Source: Schmidtea polychroa (Eukaryota). From it: DNA of 64,000 bases. Shown here piece after piece: positions 43,997 to 57,385 of this stretch. Where the stretch lies: positions 87,150,397 to 87,214,396 of the forward strand of contig CM097887.1 in NCBI GenBank assembly GCA_044892525.1, given 5' to 3'. Under the pieces are notes generated by a model that saw only the letters and a list, made by a program, of their open reading frames with translations, ran no database searches and was not told the origin of the DNA. Each line of letters begins with the position of its first letter. Position 1 is the first letter of the stretch. A program made the translations under genes and the position numbers.

Positions 43997-44908
43997 TGAA
44001 TAAAACTAACTTTTACATGATTTTACCCAGCAATAGCTCTCCTTTAATCCATCCAAATGACAATGCTAGTAAATTTATTGTTGAACTTCAAAATCCAATC
44101 TATTTAATTGGTTATTGGGAAGTGTCCTTGTTGAATTTTACATTTGTATACAATCTCTTTCCGTTTTACAGCAAATCCAAGATTGAATATACCAAGATGA
44201 AATCAGTATCAGAAATTGTTAAAGCTAAGATAATTCAAGACAGCTATGAAATGATCTATCAAGCAAATACAAATGCGATAATATATGTTGAAGATAGATA
44301 TTTATACTTTCAATGTTTGAAGCGACCATTTCAATTTTTATTTGAAACCTTAACTGATGCAAAACGTCTAAGATTTACTCTATATCTATACATTTCAAGA
44401 TGATTTGTATGTTATAAATCTCGATCAATTACAAATTTATTTAACAAAACATTGTGCAAATATTTTCACTGTTGTGGAATTAGATAAATTTTTTAAATTT
44501 CAAATGAATCCGACTGTTGGCCAAATGAAATTTGACTTTAATTTGGTAAAGACATTAGGATTATCAAAAGAAACGTATATACAAAACTTAAAAGTTAACG
44601 AAGGAACATCGAAACCAAAAATAATTAAACTTCATCAATAAATGTTCATTTATAGTAATATTGTTGAATCTGTAATTGTTGGTGATGTTAGTGTTCCTCT
44701 TTTGAAAGCAGTATGGGTTGAAAAGCATGAAGATGAAGTGGTACAGATAACGATTGAAAATCCTATGTATTTATCTGTTGCAACATCATGTATAAACAAT
44801 ATAGAAATTAATATACGTGATGATTCTGGAAAATTGATAAACTTTTCAAAAGATTCAAAAACCCATTTGACTTTACATTTCGAAACGCGAATATTGTGCG
44901 TTATATAG
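43997..44908 (+). pseudogene. Polinton minor capsid (penton), fragmented
   Basis: FYMILPSNSS...WEVSL at the N-terminus; MFIYSNIVE..VGD..VPLL...NIEINIRDDSG at the C-terminus. Confidence 0.7.
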
Positions 44909-45900
44909 TGATAGCCAAACTGGTGGAGAATTACATTCTTGAGAAGTCTCCAATTAAGAACATAATTCTTCTTGGGATGATGTGTAAGCATCAACTTCTC
45001 AAGCTTTTTATTTCTTTTGGTGTAAAATTAATTCATGTACATAGGGCACTTCAATTCACAAACGATAATATTTTTAAAGATTATATCGATACCAATACCC
45101 GACTTAGGGCGGAATCGAGTAAGGCCTCGGATAAAAATTATTATAAGTTATTAAATAAAAGTCTCTACAGCAAAACCGTAGAGAATATGAAAAAACGCCT
45201 GAATTTGCGGCTATGCAATTCTGCTTCTAGGCTAATTACATATACATCTAAACCAACGTTTAAAAGGACTTATGAAAGTGACAATGACTAAGTATCAGTC
45301 TTGCTAAATAAGAAAGCTATTTGTTTAGATAGACCCAGCTACATTGGACAATCTGTTCTTGATCTATCGAAACTTAGAATGTATCAGATACAGTATGAAG
45401 AGTTACAAAAATATCGTAACGAATTCAACTGCCAAATTAATATCGTTGCTGCGGACACTGATTCATTTTTTCCTTGAAGTTATTAACTGTAAACTTGATG
45501 TTCTTTTATATGCAATGATCCGAGATAATTTGTTAGACACTTGTAATTATGATCTTACTCATCCCTTATACAGTAAAAACCTTGATTCTGTCATTAGAAA
45601 GTTCAATGGCGAGGATAAAGGTCTTAAATATATGGAATGGGTTTTTCTTTGACCTAAATGTTATAGCTTGTTAGGCGAGGATGAAAGTAAAAAAGCTAAG
45701 GGAGTAACATTGAAAGGTAGTGACATAAAACATCAGTCGTACCTGGATTGTTATAATACTAACCAAATTTTTCTATACTGCAAACTAGAATAACTAGCAA
45801 AAATCACCAGCTATTCACCATAAAAAATGAAAAAACTGCACTTACCAACGCAGATGATAAAAGGGTTTGGGTGGGGAAAAATAAAAGTTATGCATATGGA
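44900..45900 (+). pseudogene. Protein-primed DNA polymerase B, C-terminal fragment
   Basis: YKLLNKSLYSKTVENMKKR; RPSYIGQSVLDLSKL; KKAKGV. Confidence 0.8.
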
Positions 45901-47513
45901 CATTATATGGGAGGTGACTCATTTGCTGTTCAATAATTCGATCCGGATCTATCATACTCGCAACTCAAAGAATTAGCTGAAGATATACCGGATGTTATTT
46001 AAATAAATCTTAGAATTAAATGTATAATAAGTTTGACTAATATATTTTGAACATTTTTGTCTCAGTTTTTGTAAATTAGTAAAAAAGAGTATTAAGAATT
46101 ACATATAAGAATTAATAATTTAAATTTAAATTAAATAAATTAAATAATAAAATAAAGAAATAAAATTATATTACTTAATTAGATAAAAATAATGAAATAA
46201 AAGGAAATAATTAATGAAAATATTTGTTAAATTCTGATTAATTATTGAGTCATAAGGGGGTACCAACTTGTTGCCATAAGCCCATATCTACCTACTAGCC
46301 GAATTTTAGAGAATTATCAATTGTTTTTATCTTTTCTTAATTCCTAGAAAAACCAAGAAACCTTTCGAGGATTTTATTTCGGAATCTTTTTAATTGTATC
46401 AAGATGCAACTTTTTTGTTAAGGATGTCTCGACTTGGTTTTCAATGTTCCAAAAATTATTCCTTAAAAACGTGAAATTTATATCGAAAAGAAATCTTTTC
46501 GTTGATTTTCATATAAAATAATCTGTGTCTACAAATAACAAATCTATTTCATGGACCATGTCTGGGTGAAATCTTAAAATCTAAGAAAAGCACGTCTGAC
46601 TTTAGTCAGAAATTGCACTTTTTTCACTTAAAAATCAATAATAGCAGTTTTAATCAATAAACACATAAAAATCAATATATGCGCGAGAACTCATCGATCA
46701 AAATCCTTGATAATTCATAATACATTCGGACAGCCGAATTTTTGAGAATTATCGATTGGTTTTACCTTTTCTTTATTCCTAGGAGAACCAAGAAACTTTC
46801 CGAGGAATTTATTTCAGGATTATCTTTTAGTTGAATCAAGACGCAACTTTTTTATGGAGGATACTTCGACTAAATATGTGGCGTTCTCAAGGTAGCCCAA
46901 AAATATTGATTGATTACACTTTCTTAATTCCTAGGAGAACCAAGAAAATTTTCGAGATCTTTATTAAAGAATCCTCTTAGTTGAATCAAGACGCAACTTT
47001 TTCGTTAAAGATGTTTCGACTAAATATACTTGGTTCCCAATGTGCCAGAAATTATTCCTTAAAAATGCGAAATTTATATCGAAAAGAAATCTTTTCGTTG
47101 ATTTTCATATAAAATAATATGTGTCTACAAATAACAAATCTTTTTCGTGACCATGTCTGGATGAAATCTTAAAATCTAAGAAAAGCACCTCTGACTTTAG
47201 TCAGAAATTGCACTTTTTTCACTTAAAAATCAATAATAGCAGTTTAATCAATAAATACAGAAAAAATAATATGTTATATATCATTGATCAAAACGCGCGA
47301 TAACTCATCAGCAGGGGAGGGAGATATATGCGCGATAACTCATACTGATTCATGGAGCTCACATCTACCTACTAGTAAAGAATGTAATGACCAAAACAAG
47401 AACCATATCTTAGTTAGTTTCTTATTAGATCTTACCGGTTCAAGTTCAATTATATCGTTACACGATAAGGATTTCAGTTGATTCGCGAAAACGATAGAAC
47501 ATATACCCTAGAA

Positions 47514-49301
47514 CAGTGTTTCTCAAAGTGGGGTTAGGGTACAAATGTTAAGGGTACTTCAATAAAATAATATTAGAAAAAATATTGTAAAAGAAAATTG
47601 TAAATTCATGCAAAAATGGAAAAATTAAATGAAATTACAAAGAATGTGATTTAATATGTAACGGGTAGATTAAGAATATATATTTTTTTAAATATAAAAA
47701 ATATTTTGTAATGATACGTTGTCATTGAACCTTTCTGCATGTTGAGTTAGTGTTAACAACTTTTTTGCTGCGAAATAATGTCAATAGTGCTTTTAAAATC
47801 TTTTTGCTGAAAATATTACATTTGGTGTGATTATTTGCTAACTTAATTACAATTTTGGGGAAATCACCAGACCTTTTATTTTGTTAGCATAAATATTAAG
47901 TTATGAAAACTAGGCAATAATATAATTTTAATAAACAACTCGCAAATAACATAATTTTAATAATTCCTGAAGTAAAAATCCAAAAATATCGATTAGATTC
48001 AGAATTCAAATGAGAAGTTAATGTGTTTTTTTGCAAAAAAAAATAATTCAGTAAAATTGTCATCATGAAAAATTATCAAGATGGAGCAACATCTATGTTA
48101 AGTCACAAAAGTGGACTTAAATCTCGAATACAACGTGTGAATCATTCAATAAAGTGGATTCATTGTATTATACATCGAGAAGTATTAGCTGCGAAGCAAT
48201 TAAATGAAGATTTAAATTCTGTCTTAAAAATGAGTGTTAAAGTAGTAAACTTAATAAAATCAAGATCGCTGAATTCGCGCCTTTTTAAAGTGCTATGCCT
48301 TGATATGGGATCTATTTTCACTACATTATTACTTCACACAGAGATTCGCTGGCTGTCACGTGGAAAAGCATTGAATCGAATTTCTACGCTAAGAGCAGAG
48401 ATTGCCATTTTCCTAAGAGAAATAAACTCCGATTATGCACAATATTTCGAAAACGAAATATGGCTTTGTAAATTGGCATATCTCTGTGATATTTTCGATA
48501 AACATAACGACCTAAATCTTCAATTACAGGGAGTTAATTCAAATATATTCAGAACACGTGATAAAGTAAATGCATTCAAGAAAAAAATATTGTTGTGGAA
48601 GACAAATGTGGTAAAAAATGGAAATTTTACATCATTTCCACAGCTTATTAACTTTGTAGAAGAAAATGAAATTGTTTTAAGTGAAAATTTGAAAACGACA
48701 ATAATCACACATTTAGAAAATTTAGAATTAAGTTTCGAACAATATATTCCTAGTTTGGATGAAGAGGAATATAATAAAAAGCTTTGGGTTATAAATCCAT
48801 TCAATGATAAATTTATTGAACAAGCCTGAATTTCAATTGTCATGAAAGAAAAGCTAATGGAGCTTTCTGTGGATTCCACAATGAAAATGGAAGAAAATGT
48901 GTCAACTTTTTGGCAAAAAATTAAAAATGAATACATCGAATTGAGAAATGCAGCTCTCATAGAACTTTTACCATTTCCAACAACGTATTTGTGTGAGGCT
49001 AGTTTTTCCGTTTTAACGGAATTAAAAAATAAAATTCGAAATAGGTTATGTCCTGAAAATGATTTAATTTTGGCTTGCAGCACCATTAAGCCAAGGACTG
49101 AGCTTCTAGTTGCAGCCAAACAGACTCATTGTAACCATTAATTATTTTATTTTTTATATATAAAAAAAACTAATAAAAAGTTATTGTTAGTTGTAAAAAT
49201 TGTTGTTTTAGTTATATTTGCATAATAAAATTTTACTAGGGTACTTCAAAATTTAATAAATTACGAAAGGTTACTTTACGTAAAAAGTTTGAGAAACACT
49301 G
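47514..49301 (+). mobile_element. hAT (Buster/Charlie) element, internally deleted
   Basis: 14-bp perfect TIR CAGTGTTTCTCAAA; perfect 8-bp TSD CCCTAGAA (nnnTAnnn); C-terminal transposase 48065-49141 (DGA, HCIIH, RWLSRG, YLCEASFS) with one in-frame stop. Confidence 0.95.
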
Positions 49302-50764
49302 CCCTAGAATAATATATTGAATTGATATTAAAATCAATAAAACCTGGTGTTAAAACTATTCAGGTGGAAAAGATAATTTTATTTCGATGTCAGTAAACGA
49401 AAAAGTAATAAAAAACGAGTATGTGCGAAGAAACTTTCATTTAACCAAGCTCGTCCAGATACAATAATATTGGTTATCAGTACTTTGAATATAGAATCAG
49501 CCCTAGAGAAAAGGTTCCTACCAGAATCTATAAATATTTGCTATTTACACCTCTAATTTGACAGTATCTCAATCGCTACCAACAACCGTAAATTTGGTTT
49601 ATTTAGAATAAAATGAGAATAGTGACATTGAGAGTTCAATACATCGCGTCCTAGTTGTATGATGGAATTTCATTAAATTTGATGATTAAAACGAATTTTC
49701 ATTTATAGCAGCCATTAGTACTGATATTTACCTATGATCATCACCTTTATTAAGATGTTTATAATGCACGTGCACCGAATCCCAAATTATTGTCACAATA
49801 ATTTTTAAAATATATTATAACTTCCCAAGGTCTAAAATTTTTAATATAATCTACTCAATATTTACAGTTTTTTATACTTTCTTTCAATATTGATTGTGTC
49901 CACGCATGTTCGGTGCTAGGATAATAATCAGTTTGAAATTTTCATATTGCTGTCTTTGATTTCAAGAAATAATAGATTATTAATATTTATTTATCCATTT
50001 AATAATACAAAATTCTTGTTTATAGACCTTAATAGTGAACACAAATTTTAAAAATAATGATTCATGAAAAATAACACCGTTTTAGTGCCTGCATGAAAGT
50101 CACTCATTGTAATCGGTTTCCTCCGCTTGTGTAATATGTACCATTTCCATATATTGTATCTGATATAAGCTAATAAATATATACAGTGCCGGATAAATGT
50201 ACACAAATACTTTTAGTGATATACAGTCATAACAACGGGCAAATGGAAAATACATCCTGTTCTGTCCACATCCTTCAAAATAACAAATGAACACACAATT
50301 TTTATTTTAATGTGCTTTGTTGTATCTTCTATTTAACCACAAAATATGACGTGAATTATATGTCGTACAAATTATTTCTTTATTGCGAATTCAATTTGAA
50401 ATGGTATCTGATTTTGGCTATTACCGCTTCGGTTGTGCTGATTAATCAAAGCACACTTAGAGTCAGATTAATAATTGTTAATATTTTATTTCACAGACAA
50501 CCTAACTTATTCATGTTTATAAATTTGTATTAAGAAGAGTTAATTAAGGAATAGTACAATAATGAAGGTTGTTACGAAATAGATCAGCCAAAATAGAGGT
50601 CGACTTGTATTTGTTTTTAAATTAATTCACATTTTAATTAAATAATTATTGCGATCTCACAAATGATCCAACGCTCTATGTGTAGCCCACAAATTCGAGC
50701 CCGTTAAATAAAGGTCAATCAAACATGATAAAAAATGTCAAATCGCAGTAGACATTTATTTCAA

Positions 50765-51204
50765 TTATAAAAATGAGTTGATAGTGGGTTTGATGTCATA
50801 TTCATAATTGGAATCTTCCTCCGACGAATTCATTGAAATACAGGAATTTGGATCAATGCCTTGATAATTGTCAATAATTCCGGGATCAGAGATCATCAGA
50901 CTAATATCTTCTTTAATAATGTGGTTATTAATAAACTTCTTATTATTTACTAGTGAGCCCGCTTTAATTCTATAAAAATTAATTTTGCACTAAAATAAAA
51001 GACTTACAACATCCGATTGGTGGCCAAAGTAGTTTGTTCTGTAAATTTGTTGTTTAACTGATTGAGAGTATCATCTAGGCGCTTCTGTATTTCATTCATC
51101 AGCAAACCTTGATTGTTTTGTTTTGCCTCCCTGTAGCTTTCGCGAATCCGAGTTTCTTGTAATAGCAGATGTTCAATTTCGTTTTTTACATTTACCACTT
51201 GTTT
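50765..51204 (-). CDS. Probable last two exons of a host gene (51008-51204 and 50765-50969), unknown product
   Basis: TTTAG acceptor, GTAAGT donor, 38-nt intron ending TATAG; the phase-2 join keeps the frame open to a TAA. Confidence 0.45.
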
Positions 51205-53801
51205 CTAAACAGAGGAAAACAAAAAATAAAAAATTTCATCAATCTTTGAAAATTTCATTAATTTTTCTTCGACTGTTTTTACCGATTTAACACAAAATTT
51301 CAACACTGCCACTCAAAAAAGATGAATGAAATTCTTCAAGTTAAAAAACAGAAATAATTGAATAAAATCAAATTATTCTACTGATTAGCAATTAATGGAA
51401 TATACATGAAAAGACTGTAATATTTTAAGCAACGAATCATCATCATTAACAGAAGTGATGTAGTTCTAATGAATATTTGATTACTTTGGCCTATACGATA
51501 TAAATATCTTGATTATGATGTTTATTAGTTCTCCCAATTAGTTTACTACAACTCTACAAGCTGAAAAATATACCTTTTATAAATGTAGTTATACTCGTGA
51601 AATATTGATAGCATTGTGGGAAGTTCGAACAAATTAGTAACAAAAGATTGTTTAAATCTCTTTCCAATCATTGTATGAATATGTATATTTCATTTTAAGC
51701 GATGGACAATAGCGTAACAGTGGGTCGCCATTCCAATTGAGGTAACAATTATGTACGTATAAAGTTTTATTTCGTTTATCATATCACTAAAACCTACTTG
51801 TAAAAAGTAAATGAAATTTATAAGCTAACGAACTATAATGAATCATATGTGGGGTTACAGTTCATTTAAGATGATTTCCATAGCACTGCCACTGTTAATA
51901 ATTTGTATCTTTGTGGTAATAAAAGAAACCATTGTGATAAAAATAAAAAATCAAGGTTGACGAAATACCATTGAAAGAACTGTCATAAGCTTCTCTTTAT
52001 CATTGTGATTGTGAAGCAGATAATAAAAATAATACCCTACTCTGTATATTAAAAATGATTTTAATGATTCATAACCATTTATAACAAATTCTACAAAATT
52101 CTTTATCACAGCAAATTTTTTAGGGCCAACTGGATTCAAAAATTCTAGATAAAAATTTATTAGGATTTCAAAAAATCCAACGAAATATTTAATTTAATTT
52201 ATAAAAAAACATTTTTTAAGTTTTGCCAAAGGTTTCTCTAGTAAAGTATTAATTTTGCATTGAATTTTTGTGTTTTAATACTATTTTAGTGTTTTTAAAT
52301 TAAATGTAAAGTGAGAGAAAGTCAATATTTTATAAAAAATATATATAATGAAGTGCTGGGCTGCCAAAAATGTATACCTGAGACTATAAAAAGATTATTT
52401 TTATTTATATTGGGTTGTAATTAATAAAATATAACTCAAAAAACTACAGAAAACCACAGAATACATTGCGACCAGCTGAGGGTTAAACCAGATCCAATCT
52501 CAATTATTCAATTATTTCAGGTTTCATTATCATCTTTTCTTTTGTTATTTACGCATTAACCTAGCCATCAAAATGTATCTCATGAATCTTTTAAGGCATT
52601 TGATGTTTTATTTCCATAAAAACATATCCAAATCACTTGAAAAAGGCTGTGCTTAAAATTCGCGAATATCAAAAAAACATCAATATCTATTTTTACTGAT
52701 TCATAGTCAATTTTTTAATAAATATAATGTCAATTGAAAATGAAAAGAAATCAGAGGTGAAAATCAAAAGTTCTTATAATATTATTTAACATTTTAAAAT
52801 TACTTTGAAATAACTCTAGAAATCAAGTGATTAAAAATGTCTATAACTCTCATTTTTATTTTAATGACTTATTTTCAAGTATTCAAGAATTCTGGAACCC
52901 AAAATGAAGCTATATTTATAATTATTTAAATGTATTTTCCGATTTATTTTAATATGAAATAAATTATAAATACTATTTCACTAAATTTAAAATATTGTGC
53001 GCTTTGTGAAATTATAAGTCACGCGTAATTAATTGAGCTAACGAATATTGAAAAATGTAAAATGTGGGCTAAAAACAACCAAGTGAAGACTGCCGGAACA
53101 GGTGAACATTGAGTGATTTGAATCAATATAATTCCCTCACGGTTGATTAAATGTGAAATATTAAAAATCTCAGCAAAATTGAAATAATTCCACCTTGTCT
53201 TGGGTTGCCTAGAATCCCATTGAAATATGATACAATCTTTCCTAGACTTATTATGAAGGTCCTTCCTAACTATAGATTTTGATCTCGCATCTCTCTAATT
53301 AAATATTTTGAGTTTTCATTCTAGTAACTACACTATCAAATATATTAATTATATGTAATTTTGTAGTCCATGAATTGAAAATTGTGTTGGTAATGTTTTC
53401 AAAATGTGTATGTATAAACTTTTTAATATTACATCTATATGTAATTAGTATTTTTTAAGACCTTAACCAAGACCGATTAGAAGTACATCGTTCAAAAATC
53501 ATTGGATTTAATTCTGTGAAGGATATAAAAATATAATTTTAACCGGGCCTATCAGAATTTGAAAATTTTAATTAAACTAATAATTACAAAATAAAATAGT
53601 AAAATGCCATATTTTAACAATTAAATTAAATTTTTACAATACCGTAAGATGGGGCCTTATAAGATGCCGACCGCAATTATTAATTTCATCAGTATCCGGT
53701 CGCAACCAGATTAATTTGAAGAAAGCGTTGAATTTTTCTGTACACTACCCTAAATTCGATTTTGTGTATCTGGAAAAATGTATCGATTTAATTCTATAAT
53801 T

Positions 53802-55188
53802 CAGTCATACCTCTATATAAAGAAGCGGAAGAGACCAAAAAATTACTTCGTTAAATGAAGGTTTCGTTAAATATAGGTAATTCTTTTTTTCGATGCGATA
53901 ACAGAGGCCAGGTTGACAGCTATTCGCTAATTTAATTGTAATTGGGAACCCTAGATAGTTTAATTAAATTTCGTACTTGTGAGTGATAAAATTGCTTTTC
54001 CGTGATGTTTGGAACCATTTATAGCAATTGTAGTAGATGTTTTTCCGAATTATTTATTTGACAATAGAAGCAAATAATAATCAGAATGAAGGGGAGATAA
54101 ATATAAGAAAATCTGAAATCTGATTTTTTTCTAATGCTGACAAGTTGCACGCTGTTGACCAGTAATTTGTTCAAGTTCATCAATTTGTAGGTTATCGATC
54201 CAGCGTTGGTTGCAAAAGGAACATAGAATATTAATACTGTCAATTGCCGCAGACAGAGTAATAGTAGGATTTTAAACGTTCATAATATTGACACATTCGT
54301 CGTCCGACTAACAATCTTTGCTGAGCGTACCTGATGCAATCGTAAAAATATGTGTGTGCTAGGGAAATTTTACACTTATTTGTTTAAGAATGTCCTCGTT
54401 GATAATTATTTCCTCCGTGACAGCCATTTCATCCACGTTTATGTAGTCTTCGATAGAGGCGCAATTAATGACTAATGAAAATAAACGCCGAAAGTAGCCA
54501 AACAGACTGAGCACCTCACCGCTACCAATAATTTCCGGATTTTCAAGCGAATCACTAGGTATATGGAGATGAAAAACAAAACCTGAGTGTTTGAACCAGT
54601 TTGCTAAAGTTGTTGATGGCATAATCATCAATAACTTTCGTTTGTCTGTTCCATTAAACTTTGCACAGACTGTTAGATGAACCTTGCTTTTCTTTCCCCC
54701 AGGACATGGTTATCATTTGAAGACAAGAGTGTGAGATGAAAGCAGGTCGCAGAAGAGACTTATCCCATCAGCATTGTATACGTTTACAGGTGAAAAACAA
54801 TGTAAATAACATGTAAGTATATTCTTAACCAAGGTTGCAGTATCCTGTGAATCTGCTGATATGAGTTTGAAAACTAGTCCGTGTCTCCTTTAAAACTTCT
54901 TTATGTATCCATTACTTCCTTTGAATTCTTTTATAACCAAGACTTTTGGCAAATTGCTTTAACTTGGCTGCGAGAAGTGGTTCCTTCACTAGAACATTTT
55001 TAAAACGCTGCTGAATAACACACAGAACGAAAGCACACACACGCTAAGAGTCATTGACTTCGTTATAGAGATAAAATTAAAACTAAAATTCTTGGTTGGT
55101 ACAAGAAAATCCTTTGTTAAAGGGAGGTTAAATAGAAGGGAAATATATGGGGGACCAAAAATTGCTTCGTTAAATAGAGGTTCGGTTG
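53802..55188 (-). mobile_element. pogo/Tigger element, degenerate and deleted
   Basis: Imperfect TIRs (CAGTCATACCTCTAT / CAACCGAACCTCTAT); remnants resembling EFKGSNG, YNAD and GGKKSK; ORF 54359-54631. Confidence 0.7.
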
Positions 55189-55505
55189 TATATAGATTTT
55201 AGTAATAATTTCTTCAAAATTCTTAATAATAAGTTTTTATACAAACATTAAAATGATGTTTTGCAATTCAATATTTAACACGTGACCGGATTTTGAAACT
55301 TCGATCAGCTTTGATACAATGTTTTTTACTTTTATTAAAACGCTGAAACGTGATGTATAATAAAATGATAACGACTGTAAAATATTATTTGTAGCTTTAA
55401 TAGAAGAATAAAACTATGGTAAAAACTGAATCAAAACCGACTGGGTTTGAAATTTAAAAAATTGGAGAAATAAGCTTTATTTTATTTAACTAAAATTCAG
55501 TTTAA

Positions 55506-55685
55506 CCCTTAAAAACTGAAATAGAATTACGAGGAATTTTTGACCATCGTGTTCAAACCTGCAAGTTGTGGTGGTGAGTTTTACAGACGAAAAAGGGTCT
55601 TACTGGTTTGGAACGCGAAAATGTTTTGATTTGAATTGAATGGAGTTTTTATGATGACCGTCTGTAAACGATTTTAGTTAAAGGG
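55506..55685. mobile_element. piggyBac-type MITE
   Basis: TTAA-CCCTT ... AAGGG-TTAA. Confidence 0.55.
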
Positions 55686-57166
55686 TTAATATTTATAAAT
55701 ATCGTATAATTTTGTGGCTAATAGTTTATGAACTCGTTCCATATATTTTCAGATAAGGTTATGTTTGTATTAAACATTTGTTTTTTATATATTTCTAAGT
55801 TTTTATTTGAAAATTAAATATAATTCATAATAAATTTCTCACGATTTATGCTGTATAAAATCAAAATATATTTTTTAACAACTAATAGTTTCTTCCTTAA
55901 TAACTTTAGTACTTACAATATCTGTTGATTGTTTTACAATGCTTTCTCTTCACTTGTCCAGGAATGTCAAAACCTTCAATTAATAGTGCTAATTTTAGTA
56001 AAAAATTTCAATTTTAAACTTTTCATAAATTTTCTTTCATCATTCATTCCTAAATAAATAACTTATAATTTTCATTTAAAAATACCATTAAATTGAATTT
56101 TAATACTAGTGGGCATAATTTTCCTAAAAGCAAAATAAAATTTCGGTTCGTACCTTTCGATTCTCGGGTTAGATAATAAGGGAATTCTAAATAATGTGTT
56201 TTTTCGGTAAAAAACGGAAATTGTCTTATATTAGGGCTAATAGGGTGATAATTTGCATTATTATAATGCATTATGAAATAAAAGTTCAATAAAACTAAAT
56301 CTCATATTGCAATTTTCTTGAAATCGTATTTAAATAATCTATCATTTCAAACTTTTAATCTTGTACGTATTGTAGGTATGCAAATAATTACTTAAAAACT
56401 AGAAAATAATATTTACCAGTTTTGATAAATTTTTAAGAATATTAGTAAAATTATTTTATTTCATGTCTATAGTAATAAGTAAAAATCTAATCTCTCTGAA
56501 ATCGAAATAATATCTTTAAAGCATTAACTCGCCAGACTTTGCCAAAGACAGTAATCTATTTTATTAAACACGGCGGCTCAGTCACTCAATGGGCTCTCGG
56601 TATGCCACAAGTGATAAGTAGAATATTAACATTCCGTTGCGTTGAATGTCTATAGCGATATATTTAGGTGAATAATATCGTTACGATAACCTAATGAAAG
56701 TAATATAACTTTACTATATTTAATTTTATATATATTATAATTATTTTAAACGTCCAGGCATGAAACGAGAAATCATCCAGACATCGTCAGATGGTGATCT
56801 AAAGAATTCCTAAAATGATCATAAATTAGATGATTCGAAAGTACAGTCGTTATAGTTACAGCCCAAACAGAATATAAATCATAAAAATTACATATTGGTA
56901 CAAGATTGATATAGAGACAAAAGTGCAAGCAAAAATATTAGTCCCTTTCGTTGAATTAAAATATTAAACAGTGCAACATTGAGCAAGCCAAGAGCTATCT
57001 TACTTCATTCTAGGCCCCAGGAAAAACGATGCATTGATTTTCCTGTTCGCAAGAATTAAAATATGAACGGTCAATAAATTTTAACCTGTATAATTAATAG
57101 TATTTTCAAAAAAAAACTGTAAAGAACATTGCAACAGAATATTGCTTTTAAGTGAATTGATTTTAA

Positions 57167-57385
57167 CCCTTTGAGAGCCAAGGGGCGTATTGGCGCTCCT
57201 TGATACACTAGTCGAAATGGCCAGGATTTTAAGTGCCAAGCCAAAAATTATTCTTTTTGTCTTTAAAATGCTTTTAATAAAAAAAGCTTTGGAATTATTT
57301 AAGAAATATTTTCAAATTTCTATTTTCCACTAGCAATGTTACATTTTTAGTTAATTATGAAAAAATCATGTTAGCACTCCAAGGG
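57167..57385. mobile_element. piggyBac-type MITE
   Basis: TTAA flanks; TIR CCCTTTGAGAGCCAA versus CCCTTGGAGTGCTAA (12/15). Confidence 0.65.

Larger units (their letters stand above)
41340..47235. repeat. ~350-bp repeat family: 41340-41694 is inverted relative to 46296-46635 and 46726-47235
   Basis: For example, GAAAATCAACGAAAAGATTTCTTTTCGATATAAATTTC and its reverse complement; colinear over the unit. Confidence 0.8.

Noticed and set aside
48520-49119. 199-aa minus-strand ORF
   Set aside because: Antisense to the hAT transposase.
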